From IMG/VR virus record IMGVR_UViG_3300036815_000031, positions 1-28,262 of that record: DNA of 28,262 nt. One strand, 5' to 3'. Under the pieces are notes generated by a model, which saw only the letters and a list, made by a program, of their open reading frames with translations, was not told the origin of the DNA and made no database searches. The DNA comes from a virus (taxonomy: Duplodnaviria; Caudoviricetes). Positions 7,373 through 15,091 of this stretch are shown here, piece by piece (the first letter of the stretch is position 1; each line of letters starts with the position of its first letter). Both the position numbers and the translations under genes were made by a program.

Positions 7373-8310
7373 CAGAAGGCCACCGCGCTCTGGTTCTGCA
7401 TGAAGACGACGGAGAACACGGCGTAGGTGAACGTGCCGGTGGTGGTGATCTTCAGGAACTCGTTGACGGTCCCGGCAGCCGAGCCGCGCACCGCGCCGAT
7501 TGCAGTCAGGGCACCGAAGTCGATCAGCGTGGTGTAGGAGCCGCCGGAGGTGGTCGCGTGGGTGACCTTGACGTCTACCGAGGTCCCGGCGAACTCCACG
7601 AGCTGGAGGTAGGCCTGCGCGCCGAAGGTGCTGCCCGCTCCGAGGTCGTAGGCGGCCCCGGTGGTCGCGGTCGTGTCGGTGCGCAGGCCGGCGGTGACCT
7701 GGATGCCCCACTCCAGCCCGAACCCGCTGGCCTGTACCTCGACCTTGGTGGTCAGCGCCCCGGTGTTCGCCCTGGTCGGGTCGTAGTTGATCTGCTTGCC
7801 GTTGACGCAGGCAGCCGGGTTGCCGAGCGCGGTGCCGCGCAGGTAGCTGGCGATCTCGTCCGCCCTGGGCAGCACGGACAGGACGTTGTGCTCGCCGCCG
7901 ACGGCGGTCCAGGCCCAGGTGGGGGCGACGGTGTACGTCATGGTGATCGAGCCGAGCGCCGGGAGCACGTAGGTGCCCGCCCCGGTCCCGACGGTGGACC
8001 CGTTGACGGACACGTTGGTCATCGTGCCGCCCGTGATGGTGACCAGCACGGCGTTGGCGTACTGGTTGGCCTGGGCTACGGTGCTGGCCGGGACGGACGG
8101 GGTGCTGGCCGCCGGGGAGTTGTTGAAGTGCGTGGTGAACTGCATGTCGCCGTCGCGCAGGCCGCCGATCCGCGAGGACGCGCTCTGGTTGATCGCGGTG
8201 ACGTCAATCAGCGCCGGGCCGCCGGAGATCCGCTCCAGCGAGGCCACGTCGCCGGACAGGTCGTAGCCGCCGATGTAGAAGTTGTCTCCGAGCCCGGCGG
8301 TCTTAGCCAC
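7372..8310 (-). CDS. Tail tube-like protein with inserted and C-terminal accessory domains
   Basis: GTG 8310 after GGAGG. N-terminus AKTAGLG and the motifs DVTAI..SA..RI and YDPTR..TGALT parallel 6443..6874. Confidence 0.8.
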   Translation of the reverse strand: MAKTAGLGDNFYIGGYDLSGDVASLERISGGPALIDVTAINQSASSRIGGLRDGDMQFTTHFNNSPAASTPSVPASTVAQANQYANAVLVTITGGTMTNVSVNGSTVGTGAGTYVLPALGSITMTYTVAPTWAWTAVGGEHNVLSVLPRADEIASYLRGTALGNPAACVNGKQINYDPTRANTGALTTKVEVQASGFGLEWGIQVTAGLRTDTTATTGAAYDLGAGSTFGAQAYLQLVEFAGTSVDVKVTHATTSGGSYTTLIDFGALTAIGAVRGSAAGTVNEFLKITTTGTFTYAVFSVVFMQNQSAVAF

Positions 8311-8440
8311 GGCTTCCTCCACAGGTCCTGGTGATGTGACGGCGGATGAGTATGTGGTGCGTGGTAAAAGCGGGGACGCCCCAGATCAGGTTCGGGAGCA
8401 GGTTCTGGACCACCCACTGGACCCAGTAGTCGTTCCACAT
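8303..8440 (-). CDS. Small hydrophobic protein, 45 aa
   Basis: ATG 8440 overlaps the upstream TGA and the ORF fills the gap exactly. MWNDYWVQWVVQNLLPNLIWGVPAFTTHHILIRRH. Confidence 0.55.
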   Translation of the reverse strand: MWNDYWVQWVVQNLLPNLIWGVPAFTTHHILIRRHITRTCGGSRG

Positions 8441-8910
8441 CAGCCGCTCACCTGCGTCCACATGTCGTTGACGATGCAGGGAACGGTCACGGTGAAGATC
8501 CGGTACATGGAGTCCCCGATGGCGACGTAGCCCGCCTGGCCGCCGAGCTTCTGCCCGTACTCGCCGAGCAGGTCGATGTTCCTGGTGGTGCCGCCCAGGG
8601 TGAAGTCGGCCGAGTACGCGCCGATCAGGGAGCTGCCCGCCTTCATCAGCCGGGGGTCGATGTCGTCCTCGGGCTTCTGGAGCATGTTGCCGTAGATCCT
8701 GGCCCACAGCACGACGTAGCCGCTGGTGGAGGCCAGTCCGCTGGCCGCCGCGACGGGCTCTACCGTCTGCGCCCAGATAGCGCAGGTGAGGCCCGACCCC
8801 GGCGATGCCTTCGGCTCGTGGGTGTTCACCCGGCGGAAGTAGCCGGTCTTCATCGCGACCGACTCCACGGCGGCGAGCAGGGCGTCCACGGCCGCGTCGT
8901 TGAAGGCCAT
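8440..8910 (-). CDS. Tail terminator/completion protein
   Basis: 156 aa; F..VN.HEPK..P, DFTLGG..RN.DLLG..G..L....GY. Canonical position. Confidence 0.75.
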   Translation of the reverse strand: MAFNDAAVDALLAAVESVAMKTGYFRRVNTHEPKASPGSGLTCAIWAQTVEPVAAASGLASTSGYVVLWARIYGNMLQKPEDDIDPRLMKAGSSLIGAYSADFTLGGTTRNIDLLGEYGQKLGGQAGYVAIGDSMYRIFTVTVPCIVNDMWTQVSG

Positions 8911-9350
8911 CAGCTCATCTTCTCTACGAACGGCGCGAACGCGCCCTCGGCGACGGAGGAGGCGCTGGAATCAAGCTCCTGGGTCGCCTGCCGGAAGCCG
9001 TGGTAGCCCTTGAACCGGGTGGTCTGGTTGCGGGAGCCGGTGCCTTCCAGCCAGGGACCGTAGCTGGCCAGGTTGGTGGTGACGACCGTGGTGGTGGCCG
9101 GGTCGTCCACGGTCACCGGGAGCGCGTAGGTCTTCCTGCCGCTGCTCACCGTGTAGGTGCGGGACTCGCTGGTGCTGGTGACGGAGGCCAGGAACCGGCC
9201 GGTGCCGCCCTGGATGGACGCCCCGAACGCGGCCTGGACCAGCCTCTCGCCCTCGGCGGCCAGCGCCTCGCGGACGGCCTGGGTGCCTGCCTCGGCCTCA
9301 GCGGCGGCCCGGCCGTCGAACAGCGGTCCTGAGCGGGTGACGACGATCAT
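8910..9350 (-). CDS. Neck/tail completion protein (HK97 gp10-like)
   Basis: GPLFDGRA...TG.F..SV...YGPWLEGTGSRN..TRFKGY..FR. Located between connector and terminator. Confidence 0.75.
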   Translation of the reverse strand: MIVVTRSGPLFDGRAAAEAEAGTQAVREALAAEGERLVQAAFGASIQGGTGRFLASVTSTSESRTYTVSSGRKTYALPVTVDDPATTTVVTTNLASYGPWLEGTGSRNQTTRFKGYHGFRQATQELDSSASSVAEGAFAPFVEKMS

Positions 9351-10414
9351 CAGATCACCCGCGTCCTTGCCTTGCGGCCGTACAGCTCCTGCACCCGGTC
9401 GCGCAGGTCAGGCAGCGACCCGCCCGGTACGACCCTGGTGTTCTCGCCGATGGTCCGGGCGTAGCCGGAGGTCTTCTGGTACACGTAGTTGAGCGACTCG
9501 GCGATGGCCAGCTCCCTGACCTGCGACGGGACGAGCTGGATGCTGATGGCGTCGCCGGAGGTGTGGGACGCGGCCGTGGTGCCGCCGAAGCCCCGCGCGA
9601 CGGTCAGCGACCGCAGCGAGTACACCTCCGACGCGGCGTGGGTGTCGATCTGGGTGCCGTTGAACGCCCGGATGACGGTGGCGACGTTGCCGGTGACCGA
9701 CTGGCACAGCATCCACTCGGCGTCGAGCTGGAGCATCTCCCCGGCGTGCAGCTTGGTGCCGTCGGCGACGGTGAGCTGGTTGTCGGCCGGGGACGCGGTG
9801 GAGCAGCCGCCGCCCTGCTGAGCCTGCCCTGTGTCGGCCATGGCGTTGTCGCGCACCAGCATCGACTCGCTGCCGCAGATGATCACGTCGCCCACGCCGT
9901 ACAGCGAGGAGTCTGAGATCGTCAGTGCAGTTGCACTTGCATTTGCATTTGCACCGAGGGTCCCGCCCGGTTCCGTCTGCGTCCAGTAGCCGAAATTGGC
10001 CAGCACCGAGACGTCGCGCTGCGGCGTCGGGCCGGTCCCGAAGGCGTAGGACTGGGAACGGTCTAGCTCCATCCAGGTGTACGGCGGGGCGTCCTCGGAC
10101 CACGGACCCCAGAAGATCGCCGTGGAGGGGATCACGACCCCGCCGCTGATTACTACCGGCGGGTAGGTCGTGACGTCGGCCAGCTCCTTGGCGTCCATCC
10201 AGATGCGCCACGGGTAGGCCCGCTGGAAGTTCGGCCAGTCGCGGCGGACGGTCTCGATCTTGTTCCAGAACCGCCGCTTGGTCAGGCGGTCAACGTCGTC
10301 AGCCGCTGCCTCGATCGCCGAATCGACATGGCGCACGTAGTCCTGCGTCATGCGGATGTCCGGCGAGGACATCACGTCTTCCCTGCTGCAATAGCAGGCT
10401 CGGTTGACCGCCAT
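9350..10414 (-). CDS. Head-tail connector/adaptor with inserted beta modules
   Basis: 354 aa; YCSREDV...AIEAA...VD.LT.RRF N-terminus and VP..VRELAIAE C-terminus typical of gp6/gp15-like adaptors. Confidence 0.75.
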   Translation of the reverse strand: MAVNRACYCSREDVMSSPDIRMTQDYVRHVDSAIEAAADDVDRLTKRRFWNKIETVRRDWPNFQRAYPWRIWMDAKELADVTTYPPVVISGGVVIPSTAIFWGPWSEDAPPYTWMELDRSQSYAFGTGPTPQRDVSVLANFGYWTQTEPGGTLGANANASATALTISDSSLYGVGDVIICGSESMLVRDNAMADTGQAQQGGGCSTASPADNQLTVADGTKLHAGEMLQLDAEWMLCQSVTGNVATVIRAFNGTQIDTHAASEVYSLRSLTVARGFGGTTAASHTSGDAISIQLVPSQVRELAIAESLNYVYQKTSGYARTIGENTRVVPGGSLPDLRDRVQELYGRKARTRVI

Positions 10415-10502
10415 CCTGGTCTCGTTTTCTGTACCTAGCCCGTAAGCAGAACCGGGCGGAGTGGCTGATGGTAACGATCTTAACTTGTGTGAACTGGTGT
10501 TA

Positions 10503-10721
10503 CTACATGCCGCTCATGGTGTCAGCGTCCCAGTCGTCCGGGTACGTGAAGTCCCCGTCCGGGCAGTACAGGACGCCTGGCTGCTCGGGCGGCCCCATCA
10601 GCAGCGGCGTGCCGCTGTGCGGGCACGCCACCGGGGGCTGCGACCTGTAGTAGTCCTGGTACGCGGCGGCCGTCTGGAGGGTGGACAGCAGGTCCATCCC
10701 CATGACCTTCCCGGGGGCCAT
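10503..10721 (-). CDS. Small Cys-containing head-region protein
   Basis: PPVACP.SG.PL..GP....LYCP.GDF.YP.DW. TGATG coupling; the true start may be a downstream Met. Confidence 0.7.
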   Translation of the reverse strand: MAPGKVMGMDLLSTLQTAAAYQDYYRSQPPVACPHSGTPLLMGPPEQPGVLYCPDGDFTYPDDWDADTMSGM

Positions 10722-10984
10722 CAGTGCGGCCTCGGCTCCGCAGGCTTGGCGGGCTTCGCCGGGGCCGGACCGGGCTCGGGGTGCGGCTCGGGCTCGTCAG
10801 GCTCCGTGACCTGCTCGGGCTCGGAAGCCTCCTCTTCGGTGACCTCCGGCTCCTCGTTCTCCTCGTGGCGGTTGCTGGAGCCGCCCGTGGTGATCCTGGG
10901 CATCTCTGTCTCCTCAGAACAGGCCGGGCAGAACCCCAGTGAGGCGGCGATTGCCCGGCATCCGCACTTAACGCAGTCCCACAT
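10721..10984 (-). CDS. Zinc-ribbon plus acidic/Pro-rich protein, 87 aa
   Basis: ATG 10984 after GGAGG. WDCVKCG...FCPAC followed by an E/P-rich tail. Confidence 0.7.
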   Translation of the reverse strand: MWDCVKCGCRAIAASLGFCPACSEETEMPRITTGGSSNRHEENEEPEVTEEEASEPEQVTEPDEPEPHPEPGPAPAKPAKPAEPRPH

Positions 10985-10992
10985 TCCGCCTC

Positions 10993-11505
10993 CTACAGGG
11001 CCGTGACGGAAGCGCCGGCGTCGTAGGGCACGTAGGTGACCGTCCACTGGATGGCCCCGGTGCTGGTGGCCACGGTGGTGACGTCGATCGTCCCGGCCGG
11101 GACGATCAGCAGTCCGCCGCTGGTAACGGCGACGCCCTGCGCCCCGGAGGTGGTGTTCCAGAGCAGCGTCCCGTCCGCGCCGCTGGAGATCAGCGCACTC
11201 GCCTTGGCCTGCGGCACCGCCAGGGAGACCCCGACGGTCTTCCCGGTCAGGTCGAGCGTGGCGCAGAAGGACGCGGTGGAGGCCGACCCGCCCGTGGGCG
11301 TGTTGCCCACGGACAGGGTGGTGGCCTGCGCCTGGATGACCGTGGTGACGACCCCGGTCAGGCTGGTGACGATAACCCGGCCGCCGGCCACGGTGAAGAT
11401 ATGGCCGGTGGTCGAGGCAGGCAGCGCCTTCGGGCCGCCGGTCACCACCGCGCCGTACGTCTCGGCGAACTTCTGCGCCGCAGCAGCGGCCGGGTTAACA
11501 GCCAT
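10993..11505 (-). CDS. Putative head decoration protein B, 170 aa (paralog of 11505..11993)
   Basis: ATG 11505 (TAATG overlap). The 655-aa track ORF is over-extended through the capsid gene. Confidence 0.8.
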   Translation of the reverse strand: MAVNPAAAAAQKFAETYGAVVTGGPKALPASTTGHIFTVAGGRVIVTSLTGVVTTVIQAQATTLSVGNTPTGGSASTASFCATLDLTGKTVGVSLAVPQAKASALISSGADGTLLWNTTSGAQGVAVTSGGLLIVPAGTIDVTTVATSTGAIQWTVTYVPYDAGASVTAL

Positions 11506-11993
11506 TACGCGACCGCTGCCCCGTCGTCGAGCGGCACGTAGGTGAGGTACCAGTCGATCGCGCCGGTCATGGTCGCGACGGACGTGGTGACCTCGATGGT
11601 GCCGGTGTTGGCGATGAACTCGCTGCCCAGCCCGGTGAACGCGGCGTTGCCAGCCAGTTTGCCGCTGACGATCAGGGCCGCCGCCAGGCCGCCGGAGGTG
11701 GCGGACAGCGCCAGGATCGTGCCGATCTCGGCCCCGCCGACGACTCCCGCCGTCGCGATGCCCGCCGTCTCCTCGGTGCCGACGGTCGGCTTCATGCCGA
11801 GCGCGATGGCCCCGGTGGTGCCGTTCAGCGCGGTGCTGACCCGGCCGACGAGCAGGTTGACGATCACCGCACCGCCGGACACGGTGAACAGCGTGGCGCT
11901 GGACCCCGAGTTCGGAGGAACCTGGGCCTTCTTGGTGACCACCTGCCCGTACAGCAGCTCGCGGAGTGACGTTCCCTTGACGAGGTTGGCCAT
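11505..11993 (-). CDS. Putative head decoration protein A
   Basis: 162 aa, beta-rich; LFTVSGG.V.V...TGAI.W.LTYVPLDDGA. Downstream of the capsid gene. Confidence 0.8.
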   Translation of the reverse strand: MANLVKGTSLRELLYGQVVTKKAQVPPNSGSSATLFTVSGGAVIVNLLVGRVSTALNGTTGAIALGMKPTVGTEETAGIATAGVVGGAEIGTILALSATSGGLAAALIVSGKLAGNAAFTGLGSEFIANTGTIEVTTSVATMTGAIDWYLTYVPLDDGAAVA

Positions 11994-11996
11994 GGC

Positions 11997-12452
11997 TTAG
12001 GCCCCCAGGATCGCGAGGTTCACCGCAGTGCGCGCGACCGACAGGTCGTGCACGATCGCGATGAGCGAGCCCGCTGCGGCCGTGCCCTGAATGTAGGCGT
12101 AGCCGTCGGCGAACTGGGTGGCGAAGACCGTCACCGCGTCCACCTTGCCGGAGGTGCCGAGAGTCAGGACGTTGGACGACCAGGAGCTGGTCACCTTCGT
12201 CCACGCGGCGGTACCGATCGCCCCGGCGTTCTCGTGGTAGAACGCGGTCTGGCCGAAGCCGTTGGCCGTGGTCCAGTTGGTGGTCGAGCCGCCGAAGGTC
12301 TTGGCCGCGACCAGAGTGAGCGTGTTGGAGCCGGACGACTTCGAGACGAAGGTGACGGCGTTCGCGCCCGAGAGCTTGAACATGTTGCCGGACGAGTCGT
12401 GCACGACGTTGAAGATCCGGCCGAGGCCGATTGCTGCCTGGGTGGTAGGCAT
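11997..12452 (-). CDS. Capsid-associated hypothetical protein
   Basis: 151 aa, GAGG RBS, immediately after the capsid gene; GLGRIFNV...HDL.V.R...NL. Confidence 0.8.
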   Translation of the reverse strand: MPTTQAAIGLGRIFNVVHDSSGNMFKLSGANAVTFVSKSSGSNTLTLVAAKTFGGSTTNWTTANGFGQTAFYHENAGAIGTAAWTKVTSSWSSNVLTLGTSGKVDAVTVFATQFADGYAYIQGTAAAGSLIAIVHDLSVARTAVNLAILGA

Positions 12453-12503
12453 CTGCTACCTCTTCCTGTCCCTGCGGGGCGTTACTGCCGCAGATTGACT
12501 TGC

Positions 12504-13955
12504 TTACCGGGTGGCAAGCTGGACGAACGGCGACAGCAGCGAGGTGCTGTTGTTGTGCGGGGTGAGCGCGCTCTGAATCCAGGGGCGGCCGTCCACGCGC
12601 TCGATGATCTTGTACGCGGTCTGGTCGTTCTGGAAGAAGGCGTGCTCGGACGCGGAGACCTCGACCTGCTGGCGGTCGCCGATCAGGTAGTAGCTCAGGT
12701 CCACGTAGTTGATGTCGCCCGTGGTGCCGAGCGGCCCGACCTTCTCCGTGAAGATCACCGGGCGTCCCAGGATCGTCATGGGCGGGGTGTTCGCGCCGCT
12801 GGAGTTGCCCCAGCCGCCCATCCACACCGGGCCGCCGCCGGTACCGACCGACAGCGCCATGGTGGCGAGCTGCGGGAAGGCGTCGTGCGAGCAGATCCAG
12901 GCCGCGTTGCCGTGGCTGGTGGGCAGCATCTGAGAGTACATCTGGACGATGTTCTCCCACAGGATCGTCTTGGTGAGCTGGCCGGAAACGGCAGACACCG
13001 AGATCGACGCGGGGCAGGAGATGAAGCCGAGCGGCGCGCCGACGCCGGTCTCGTTCATGAAGGCGTTGTCCTCGAACCAGGCCAGGGCCTGCGGGATACG
13101 GGTGTCGAAGAACGCCGAGAACGCCGGGGCGTCGTTGAGCAGCTCGTTCGGGACCTTGAAGAACCCGGCCAGCTTCTTGGCGGTCAGCGTGACCCGGCCG
13201 AAGGTGGCGGTGGACTCGGTGAGCGAGCTTGCCTCCTCCGCCCAGTAGAACTGGACCCCGCCGAACAGGCTGGTGACGTGGCTGGTGTCGTCCACCGTGG
13301 GGATGGGGACCGACAGCGTGCTCATCGGGATGACCGTGGCGCGGCTGCGGACGATCGACTCCTCAAGCGCGAGCTGGAGCAGCTCCGACCGCATGATCTC
13401 GGGGATCAGGAAGCCGCCGGCGCCCGGGTCCTCCGAGGAGAACGAGTTCATGAACTCGCGGACGTTGGACAACTTGCGCAGCAGCGTCTCGCGGTTGCGG
13501 GTCGAGGTCGGCCGGGCCTCCTCACGGATGGCCTGGCAGTACTCGCCGATGGTGCCGAAGCGGTCGTCCTCGGCGTACTTGGCCTCGAACGCCGCCCCCG
13601 AGGAGTACTTGTTGTAGACCGCGCCCCGGCCGCGCGCCACGACGGCGGTACCGTCCGGCGACAGGTTCAGCGACGGCTTCCCGTTGGTGAAGCTGATCGC
13701 GTTGGACAGCGCGCCCCGGGCCTTGCGGTTGTCCGCGCGGAGCATGTCGAACAGCACCGACTGCACCTGGTCGCGAACGTGGTCCTGGGTGTCCGGGTTG
13801 GCCGCCACGTACTGCTTGGCGTAGGCGTCGAGGAACGCCTTGGTGTCGCCGTTGGCAACGGCTGCCTGGCTGAAGTACTCCTTCAGCGCCGCCGGGTCGC
13901 TCAGCAGTTCCTTGAGCCCTGCGGAGTCGGACGGGACCTTGAGCTTGGTCGTCAC
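12504..13955 (-). CDS. Major capsid protein, HK97 fold, with N-terminal scaffold-like region
   Basis: GGFLIPE, W.EE, TFG.VTL.AKKL, S/P.ELL.D, TILGRPV, YLIGDR, F..DQTAY..IERVDG.P motifs; GGAGG RBS. Confidence 0.97.
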   Translation of the reverse strand: MTTKLKVPSDSAGLKELLSDPAALKEYFSQAAVANGDTKAFLDAYAKQYVAANPDTQDHVRDQVQSVLFDMLRADNRKARGALSNAISFTNGKPSLNLSPDGTAVVARGRGAVYNKYSSGAAFEAKYAEDDRFGTIGEYCQAIREEARPTSTRNRETLLRKLSNVREFMNSFSSEDPGAGGFLIPEIMRSELLQLALEESIVRSRATVIPMSTLSVPIPTVDDTSHVTSLFGGVQFYWAEEASSLTESTATFGRVTLTAKKLAGFFKVPNELLNDAPAFSAFFDTRIPQALAWFEDNAFMNETGVGAPLGFISCPASISVSAVSGQLTKTILWENIVQMYSQMLPTSHGNAAWICSHDAFPQLATMALSVGTGGGPVWMGGWGNSSGANTPPMTILGRPVIFTEKVGPLGTTGDINYVDLSYYLIGDRQQVEVSASEHAFFQNDQTAYKIIERVDGRPWIQSALTPHNNSTSLLSPFVQLATR

Positions 13956-15091
13956 TTCGTACCCTCCTTCAGGGCGTTAGAGAACAGCGCCGACAGCGCC
14001 GTCACGTCGATCTGGTCCTCAGCGGAGGACGTCTTGAGGGAGCCATCCGGAGCCCAGTTGTCCGGGATCATGGACGACTTGCCGAGCGCGGCGGCGCGGG
14101 TGATGACGTGCCTGCGGATGGCGTCGTGGTCGGCGCCGCCACGGCCGACCGCGAGGATCGCGCTGCTGAGGTCTTCCTCGTCGGCGACCGGGTAGGACCC
14201 GTCCGGCATCGCCTCGCCGGACTTGGCCATCTTGTCGCGCTCGTCCTGCTTGTACTTGTCGGCGTTGACCAGGACGGGCGACCACACGGCAGTCGGCATC
14301 GGCTTGCCCTGCTTGCCGTCAGGGTCGGGCGGGATCGCCTTCTTCTGCGTGCCGTCCTCGGCGAAGTAGTCGTGGTCGGTGTCGCCCTCGGGGGTGGCGT
14401 CGTTGTCGCCGTCGCCGTCAGGGTCGAACACCCACTTGCCGTCCCGGCTCACCCACCCGCCGTTGCCGGAGTTGACCGGGCGCACCTGGATGACGTTGGA
14501 TGGTCCCTTGCGCGGGTCGTACACGTAGTCGGCGAGGCCCTCGGTCACCGACTGGGACGCGCTCAGCCAGGTCTCGCTGTCCATCATGGCCAGGAAGTCG
14601 CTGGCGGGGCGGCCGGTGCGCTCGGCGTAGATCGAGGCGATGTTCGCGGTCTCGGAGTCGAGCAGCTCAGCCATCTTGCGCAGCTCAGCGGCGTCCCCGG
14701 CGGCGAACGCCTGGCCGTTGTGGATCATCATCTTGGCGTTCTTCGCCATGCCCAGCTTGCCGGGCGAGGCCGCCTGGGCGATGAAGCTGGCGGCGGAGGC
14801 GGCGATCCCGTCGATGTAGACCGACACGTCCTGGCAGCGCAGGAGCTGGTTGTAGATCGAGATGCCGTCGAAGATCTCGCCGCCGGGGCTGTTGATGTAG
14901 AGGTCTATCGGGCCGGTGATGTCGCCGAGCTGGTCGGCGAACGCCTGCGCCGAGACGCCGAAGAAGCCGATCTCGTCGTAGATCATCACCTGCGCGGGCA
15001 TCCCGGCCTGGTTGACGATCTTGAACCACTGGCGCTGCGGCTGGGTGACGGCGTAGTTGCGCAGCCGCTGCCGCATCTCGGCTGGGTTCAA
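13952..15091 (-). CDS. ClpP-family head maturation protease with C-terminal extension
   Basis: IYDEIG, INSPGG.IFDG, IDGIAASAAS (Ser), MMIHN (His), ETWLSA. TTG start after GGAGG. Confidence 0.95.
   Translation of the reverse strand: MNPAEMRQRLRNYAVTQPQRQWFKIVNQAGMPAQVMIYDEIGFFGVSAQAFADQLGDITGPIDLYINSPGGEIFDGISIYNQLLRCQDVSVYIDGIAASAASFIAQAASPGKLGMAKNAKMMIHNGQAFAAGDAAELRKMAELLDSETANIASIYAERTGRPASDFLAMMDSETWLSASQSVTEGLADYVYDPRKGPSNVIQVRPVNSGNGGWVSRDGKWVFDPDGDGDNDATPEGDTDHDYFAEDGTQKKAIPPDPDGKQGKPMPTAVWSPVLVNADKYKQDERDKMAKSGEAMPDGSYPVADEEDLSSAILAVGRGGADHDAIRRHVITRAAALGKSSMIPDNWAPDGSLKTSSAEDQIDVTALSALFSNALKEGTK

Noticed and set aside
11506-12960. 655-aa ORF 10993..12960 as a single protein
   Set aside because: The upstream 485 codons overlap three better genes in other frames and are Arg/Gly-rich shadow sequence; only 10993..11505 is credible.
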